In this document: positions 58,641 through 64,000 of the stretch, piece by piece
Numbering within the stretch: position 1 is the stretch's first letter
How the letters are laid out: every line of letters starts with the position of its first letter
Source: Planctomycetota bacterium
GTDB taxonomy: Bacteria > Planctomycetota > UBA8108 > UBA1146
Assembly: GCA_032128395.1 (NCBI GenBank)
Contig: JAQBGV010000096.1
Coordinates: forward strand, 8,376-72,375
DNA: 64,000 nt
Direction of reading: 5' to 3'
Program-made: the position numbers and the translations under genes
Notes under the pieces: model-generated
The model's input: only the letters and a program-made list of their open reading frames with translations
What the model was told of the DNA's origin: nothing
Database searches by the model: none

Positions 58641-59993
58641 ATGTCCGATGATTCCGCGACCGACGAGCCGGGGAGCACCGCGACCGACCCCCAGCCGAAG
58701 CGGAGCTCCCTCGGAGTCATCTTCCTGACGCTCTTTCTCGACCTTGTCGGCTTTTCGATCATCTTCCCGCTCTTCCCCGCGATCCTCGATCACTACTCCG
58801 AGGACGGGGCGATGATCGCGGTCGTCGAGCTGCTGCGCTCGCTCTTCCCGAGCGAGGGTTCCAGCAACTCGTGGGGGGTGCAGGCCCTCTTCGGCGGCTT
58901 CCTCGGGTCGCTCTATTCCCTGCTGCAATTCCTCGCGAGCCCATTCTGGGGACGGCTCTCCGATCGCATCGGAAGGCGCCCCGTGCTCTCCCTCACCGTA
59001 GCCGGCATCGGGGTCTCGTACCTGCTCTGGGCGGTCAGCGGCAGTTTCACACTGTTGGTGGTCTCCCGTCTCCTCGCCGGCGCGATGGGTGGGAACATCG
59101 CCACCGCGACCGCCGCGGTCTCCGATGTGACATCCCGCGCGGATCGTGCGAAAGGGATGGGGATGGTCGGGGCGGCGTTCGGCCTCGGCTTCATCCTCGG
59201 GCCCGCGATCGGGGGGGCGCTCTCGCTCATCGATCTCACGCAGCTCTTCCCCGGACTCGAGCGGTACGGCTTCCACCCCTTCAGCGCCTGCGCCCTCGGG
59301 GCAGGAGCGCTCTCTCTCCTCAACTGGATCTGGATCCGTCGACGCTTCGACGAGACCTTCCCCGCGGAGCGGCGAAATCTCGCCACGCCACGACCGATGC
59401 TCCCGCGGCTCTCCTCGGGGGCGGCGTACGGGTCGGCGGTCGCTCGGACCAACCTCGGAAACTTCTTCTTCCTGGTCGCCTTCAGCGGCATGGAGTTCAC
59501 CCTGAGCTTTCTCGCTCGCGACCGCTTTCAGTGGACTCCCCGCGGGATCGCCGCGATGTTCATCTTCATCGGGCTGGTCCTCGCCCTCGTCCAAGGGGGG
59601 ATCGTTCGCAAGATCGCTCCCCGCTTCGGCGAGAAGCGAGTCGCCATCGCGGGGCTGATCGCCGTCGCTCTCGGCTTGGTCGGGATCGCGAGCGGAGGCG
59701 AGCACACCCGCACTCTGTTCTGGTGCTCACTCGCCCTCCTCGCGATCGGCAGCGGCCTCACCTTCCCGACCCTCACCGCCCTCGTATCACTGCACGCGCT
59801 CGAATCCCATCAAGGAGAGGCGCTCGGGGTCTTCCGGGCACTCGGCGCACTCGCTCGGGCGATCGGTCCATTCGTCGCCGCATTTCTGTATTGGCGATTC
59901 GGTCCGGCGGTCCCCTACGTCGGGGCAGCAGGATTCCTGATCCTGCCGCTCCTACTCATCCTGTCGGTGCCTCCTCCAACGAAGAGCGCTTGA
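58641..59993 (+). CDS. MFS transporter
   Basis: 12 predicted TM, MFS motif A GRLSDRIGRRPVL. Confidence 0.8.
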   Translation: MSDDSATDEPGSTATDPQPKRSSLGVIFLTLFLDLVGFSIIFPLFPAILDHYSEDGAMIAVVELLRSLFPSEGSSNSWGVQALFGGFLGSLYSLLQFLASPFWGRLSDRIGRRPVLSLTVAGIGVSYLLWAVSGSFTLLVVSRLLAGAMGGNIATATAAVSDVTSRADRAKGMGMVGAAFGLGFILGPAIGGALSLIDLTQLFPGLERYGFHPFSACALGAGALSLLNWIWIRRRFDETFPAERRNLATPRPMLPRLSSGAAYGSAVARTNLGNFFFLVAFSGMEFTLSFLARDRFQWTPRGIAAMFIFIGLVLALVQGGIVRKIAPRFGEKRVAIAGLIAVALGLVGIASGGEHTRTLFWCSLALLAIGSGLTFPTLTALVSLHALESHQGEALGVFRALGALARAIGPFVAAFLYWRFGPAVPYVGAAGFLILPLLLILSVPPPTKSA

Positions 59994-60079
59994 GGAGGGA
60001 ATGCGGACGCCTTGCTGACTTTCCGAGCGGGCTCCACTAGGATCCTCGCCGCGCCGCGAGACCGAAGGACCTCGCACCC

Positions 60080-60691
60080 ATGCGGATCCAGATCCCACCC
60101 CGTTCTCGGGCGGTAGCGCCTCCCATCCTCGCACTCATCTTCTTCCTCCTCCCTTCCCTCTCCGGCTGTTTCGGCGGAGCCGAAGTTCGGGATCCTCGGA
60201 GTGAAGTCGCGCTCGAGAAGAGCCACTGGCTCTTTCCCCTCTATCACTACCGAGAGCGGGATGGTCGCCGCGTCGTCCGCCCCTTCTTCCTGATTCCGAT
60301 CTCGCTCGGCGGAAAGCACGCCTCGCAGGTCAGTTCCGCGAACGGCACCCTCTCCGACGATGAGAGCGAGCGACTCACCGGTACCGACAAGCCCGCCTGG
60401 AACGACGCTGCAATCACCGGGGCCGACCGCCATCCCTCGGGGATGGGGCAGCAACCGAGCGACGTCGTCGAACCGGGGGTGTGGGGATCGAGCCAGCCGC
60501 AACGCGAGGCCACCCTCGGAACGGGCGGGATCAGCCGGGAACACGAGGTTCGGGCCGGGGAGACCCTGTACGCCATCTCGCGCCAGTACTACGGGCAGGG
60601 CGCGCAGTGGACGCGAATCGCCGAGGCGAACCGTGATCGCATCGGGAACCCGACCAGTCTCGGCATCGGAGTTCGACTGCGCATCCCGTAG
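60080..60691 (+). CDS. LysM-domain lipoprotein
   Basis: Signal + lipobox LSGC; C-terminal LysM (HEVRAGETLYAISRQYYG...IGVRLRIP). Confidence 0.65.
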   Translation: MRIQIPPRSRAVAPPILALIFFLLPSLSGCFGGAEVRDPRSEVALEKSHWLFPLYHYRERDGRRVVRPFFLIPISLGGKHASQVSSANGTLSDDESERLTGTDKPAWNDAAITGADRHPSGMGQQPSDVVEPGVWGSSQPQREATLGTGGISREHEVRAGETLYAISRQYYGQGAQWTRIAEANRDRIGNPTSLGIGVRLRIP

Positions 60692-60726
60692 ATCGTAGAT
60701 CCCCGCACTCCGGGCGAGTCCGTTCT

Positions 60727-61707
60727 CTACGAGAGCGACCCTCCGCAGGAGCTGCCAGCTCCTGCCGTACATCCGAAGCAGTGCCGCCCGGTGATGACGG
60801 GGACGAGCTCGAGCTGCTCCTCGGTCATCGTCTCCACGCGGAGGGCGCTTCCGTTTCGGAGCCGAAGATCGAGCATCTGATTGAAGTCGCAGTCATAGAG
60901 GAAACCGTCCCAAGAGATGCTCAGGGTGTTCCTGCACATCAGGCTGGGGATGGTGGCGGGGTTGAACGAGCGTTCGAGCAACTCTTGGTACGACTCGAGT
61001 TGACCGCCCCGACGGAGGAAACTCTCGAATCGTGCGATCACCATGTTGGTGATCGTGAAGAGCCGGTCGAACACGATTCCGAACCGCTCCCCGAGCTGCT
61101 TCTTGTATTCGCGTTCGAGCCCGGCCTGGGCGGGGGGAAGAGTTGGTCCGACCGGGTTGTAGACCAGGTCGAGCTGGAGATCCCCGCCGCGACCGTATCC
61201 CAATGCGTTGAGAAGGCGGAGCGCCTCGATGCTCCGCGTGAACACCCCGTCCCCCCGCTGAGCATCGACGTTCGTCTCGAGATAGCAGGGGAGACTCGCG
61301 ACGATGTTGACCCGATGGTCCGCCAGGAACTCTGCGAGGTCCTTCTGACCGGGCTCCAGCAGCACGGTGAGATTGCACCGGTCGATGACCGCACATCCAC
61401 GCTCGCGGGCCTGCTCGACGATCCAGCGGAACGAGGGGATCAACTCGGGAGCCCCCCCCGTGATATCGACGGTCTGAATCGACGGGAATCGATCGAGGAG
61501 GGCGATCGAGGCGGCTGCGGTCTCCGAGGTCATCCGCTCGGACCGATTCGGGCCGGCGTTCACGTGGCAGTGGACACAGGTCTGGTTGCAGAGTTTCCCG
61601 ACATTGATCTGCAGGATCTCGAGCAGAGCTCGGTGGAGGCCTCCCCCCACGGCTTCACGAAAGGGCTCGCGTCGGGGAACCGCGGCCTCGGCGGTCACCC
61701 GCTCCAT
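60727..61707 (-). CDS. radical SAM/Cys-rich domain protein (ArsS-like, arsenosugar-biosynthesis rSAM family)
   Basis: LQINVGKLCNQTCVHCHVNAGP (CxxxCxxC rSAM cluster) and C-terminal Cys-rich GRHCFGCTAGAGSSCGG tail typical of this family; start uncertain (ORF to 61770). Confidence 0.65.
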   Translation of the reverse strand: MERVTAEAAVPRREPFREAVGGGLHRALLEILQINVGKLCNQTCVHCHVNAGPNRSERMTSETAAASIALLDRFPSIQTVDITGGAPELIPSFRWIVEQARERGCAVIDRCNLTVLLEPGQKDLAEFLADHRVNIVASLPCYLETNVDAQRGDGVFTRSIEALRLLNALGYGRGGDLQLDLVYNPVGPTLPPAQAGLEREYKKQLGERFGIVFDRLFTITNMVIARFESFLRRGGQLESYQELLERSFNPATIPSLMCRNTLSISWDGFLYDCDFNQMLDLRLRNGSALRVETMTEEQLELVPVITGRHCFGCTAGAGSSCGGSLS

Positions 61708-62011
61708 GTCGTCGCACTCCATGTCCCCCCCTCCAGCGCCCCTGATACCATCCCCGAGAACGGCTCCCAACGGTCAAAAAACCGCATTCGATCCAGGATT
61801 CAGACCAGAACTGTCCCAGGTGGCTTGATTCTGGGCAATCTCGACTGGATACATTCATTCTTGTCGCTACAATTAACAATTCGTTGACAGAGGTCCGGGC
61901 TGGGAGGGTGCCGGCCTGCCTCCGTTGTATTGCACTGGCTCTGAGGATGGTGTGGGTCCCCCGATTCGGCTGGGGCTCTCCGAGGTCGTTTCCAGGAAGG
62001 AAGAACGGGTG

Positions 62012-63334
62012 ATGAGTCTGCGAACCCTGGCCTGTGTCGTCGCGCTCTTGTGTTTCTCGAGTGCCGCGTCCGCACAGTACGCAATTCATATTGGCAGTGC
62101 CAGCGGCCTGCCGGGTCAAACTGTCACAGTCCCTGTCATGCTTGACAATCCGTCGGGCGCTCAAGGGTTCCAGCTCGGACTCCTGCACGACGGAGCTGTG
62201 GTGACTGCCACGGCCATCGGCCAGGGACCAGTTCTCCTAGGGAGCAACGGCGGAGCCGGTGCGGACTACTTCTTCTTCGAGTTGGCGCCGACCGGCGGCC
62301 CCGGCATCGTAGTCGGGAGCATTCTCAGCCTCTCCCCGCCCCTCGAGACAATTCCCGCGGGAATCAACAACGACGTAGCGATCCTCACGTACACGATCTC
62401 GGCACTTGCCGCGCCGGGCGCGAGCAGCACCCTGTCAGTTTCGGCCGGACTGGGGACCCCCCCGATCGCAGTGGTGATCAGCGTCGACGGCGTCTCCCAG
62501 CTCCCCGCGACCACGGCTGGCTCGATCTCGGTCGAGACCCCGTCGGTCAGCGGCCTCGCCTGCTCGATCATCGATCCGTGCACCTGTGACGCGAGCCTCT
62601 CCTGGACCAACGGGTTCGGCTACGACTCGATCGAGATCAGCCAGAACGGGACGCCGGTCGCGACCCTTCCCGGCACGGCGACCAGCCACGCGCTGACGCT
62701 CCCCTTCGGCACCGCCGCGGATCTCTGCGTCACCGGTACCGCGAACGCGACCGCCTCGGCTGCGGCCTGTTGCACGCTCACGTGCACGCCGCTGCCGGCG
62801 GGCACCCCGCCGAGTGGCCTCGTCACCACGGTCGACCACGCCACCTGCGAGGCGACTCTCTCCTGGACGAACAACGAGCCGGACTACGCCGGACTCGAGG
62901 TGCGCATCGATGGCACGCCGGCGCTGTCCCTGCCGGGGACCGCGACCTCCGCGATCGTCTCCCTCCCCGCGACAGAGATCGTCTTCACGCTCTCCGTCGG
63001 GGCGACCGATGCCTGCGGCCTGACGCTCCCCGAGACTTCCTCGACCGGCGAGTGCCTCCCGGAGCAGTTCACCCGCGGTGATGTCAACGGAGACGGGAAC
63101 ATCGACATCACGGACCCGATCGCCGGGCTCTCCTACGTCTTCGCGGGAGCCCCCGCGGGGTGTCTCGATGCCCTCGACCCGAACGACTCGGGCGCGATCG
63201 ACATCTCGGACATGATCTACATGCTGACCTACGTCTTCGCCGCCGGTCAGGCGCCGCTCGCGCCCTTCCCGTCCTGTGGCGTGGATCCGAGCGATACCGA
63301 CCCCCTCGACTGCCAGACCTACGTCTGCCCCTAG
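62012..63334 (+). CDS. secreted protein with N-terminal cohesin-like domain, central Cys-containing repeats and C-terminal dockerin-like (EF-hand type) domain
   Basis: Signal peptide; VTVPVMLDNPSGAQGFQLGL cohesin-like strand; two repeats with ...C..C..SLSWTN...; C-terminal DVNGDGNIDITD / DPNDSGAIDISD dockerin repeats. Confidence 0.55.
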   Translation: MSLRTLACVVALLCFSSAASAQYAIHIGSASGLPGQTVTVPVMLDNPSGAQGFQLGLLHDGAVVTATAIGQGPVLLGSNGGAGADYFFFELAPTGGPGIVVGSILSLSPPLETIPAGINNDVAILTYTISALAAPGASSTLSVSAGLGTPPIAVVISVDGVSQLPATTAGSISVETPSVSGLACSIIDPCTCDASLSWTNGFGYDSIEISQNGTPVATLPGTATSHALTLPFGTAADLCVTGTANATASAAACCTLTCTPLPAGTPPSGLVTTVDHATCEATLSWTNNEPDYAGLEVRIDGTPALSLPGTATSAIVSLPATEIVFTLSVGATDACGLTLPETSSTGECLPEQFTRGDVNGDGNIDITDPIAGLSYVFAGAPAGCLDALDPNDSGAIDISDMIYMLTYVFAAGQAPLAPFPSCGVDPSDTDPLDCQTYVCP

Positions 63335-63365
63335 AGGGCGCAGCGGTTCTGCGGAGGTGTGACTG

Positions 63366-63408
63366 AAAAACGAGCCCGAGAGCGTCAGCTCTCGGGCTCG
63401 TTTCTATT
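63366..63408. terminator. bidirectional intrinsic terminator
   Basis: aaaa-acgagcccgagagc-gtca-gctctcgggctcgt-ttctattt: perfect 14-bp stem, A/T flanks, between convergent genes. Confidence 0.75.
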
Positions 63409-63448
63409 TCGGACCCGGGACCGTTCCAGGGTCAGATCTTGTTCTCTT

Positions 63449-64000
63449 CTACATCGCCTCGAAGAGGTGACCCAATTTCCCCCGCTTCGCCTTCAAGTAC
63501 GCCAGGTTCACCGGGCCGGGGCCCGGTTCGATCGCGAGGCGCTCTTCGACCGCGATGCCGTTACGCTCGAGCCCCTCGATCTTCGCTGGATTGTTGGTGA
63601 GCAGGCGAACGGACGAAATCCCGAAGTGGCGGAGGACCGCGGCGGCATCCTCGTAGCTGCGCAGGTCGGCGGGGAATCCCAATCGATGGTTCGCCTCTAC
63701 GGTGTCGAGCCCATCCTCCTGTAGACGGTACGCTTCGATCTTCTTCGCCAGCCCGATCCCTCGCCCCTCCTGGGGGAGGTAGAGCAGGATCCCGCGCTCT
63801 TCCTCGCCGATCTGCTGGAGCGCAATCTGGAGCTGTCCGCCGCAGTCGCAGCGGAGTGATCCGAGGACGTCGCCGGTCAGGCATGCGGAGTGGATCCGCA
63901 CGAGCGGTGCGGCCCCCTCACTGAGATCTCCTTGAACGAGAGCGACGATCTCCTCGTCGCGTGTTCCCGTGAAGACGATCACCTCGAAGACCCCGTGAGG
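63449..64000 (-). CDS. ribA: GTP cyclohydrolase II (RibA), probably 3' part of a bifunctional RibBA that runs off the window
   Basis: RIHSACLTGDVLGSLRCDCGGQL zinc motif, GRGIGLAKKI; reading frame stays open to position 64000. Confidence 0.8.
   Translation of the reverse strand, partial: PHGVFEVIVFTGTRDEEIVALVQGDLSEGAAPLVRIHSACLTGDVLGSLRCDCGGQLQIALQQIGEEERGILLYLPQEGRGIGLAKKIEAYRLQEDGLDTVEANHRLGFPADLRSYEDAAAVLRHFGISSVRLLTNNPAKIEGLERNGIAVEERLAIEPGPGPVNLAYLKAKRGKLGHLFEAM

Overview
This 64 kb window is a very GC-rich (about 70%), densely coding bacterial chromosomal segment. About 55 protein-coding genes sit on both strands, many with overlapping stop/start codons, i.e. operons. I found no rRNA, tRNA, CRISPR array, transposase or integrase.

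Recognisable housekeeping content:
- fdhD, trxA, nfo, kdsA and eno
- folK-panC-ispE followed by spoVG
- ruvB, a SpoIID-like gene, then tgt-yajC-secDF
- fliM and a 5'-truncated ribA/ribBA at the right edge

There is a complete System I cytochrome c maturation cluster (ccmE-F-H-x-x-A-B-C-D). A giant PSD1-type (DUF1549/DUF1553, 'Planctomycete cytochrome c' domains) protein is paired with a DUF1501 sulfatase-like protein. That pairing points to a Planctomycetota-like or other high-GC lineage carrying those families. The lineage call is inference only.

Most notable observations:
1. A DsbD gene split by an in-frame TGA that aligns exactly with the first Cys of the CxxC motif of its C-terminal thioredoxin-like domain (UxxC). 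This is a predicted selenocysteine-containing DsbD, with a GC-rich hairpin 19 nt downstream.
2. A CcmE that carries the C-x3-Y (Cys instead of His) heme-binding motif of the variant System I, yet sits in a cluster that still has a CcmH. That CcmH has an atypical Cys pattern, and two unknown membrane proteins are inserted in the cluster.
3. A five-gene co-directional unit (HAD hydrolase, nfo, DUF2868, GTPase/DUF3482, fused MFS/spermidine-synthase) with ATGA-type overlaps.
4. Three tandem 18-bp CCGA-N10-TCGG direct repeats in the divergent ccmE/HAD promoter region.
5. A SpoVG homolog with an inserted zinc ribbon and a C-terminal RD/RE repeat tail encoded by tandem 9- and 15-bp DNA repeats.
6. 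A tiny Cys-rich (CxC x3) lipoprotein ORF with a start-less degenerate paralog next to it.
7. A single-base frameshift splitting a fused secDF gene.

All coordinates that I derived by hand carry about 1-3 nt uncertainty.
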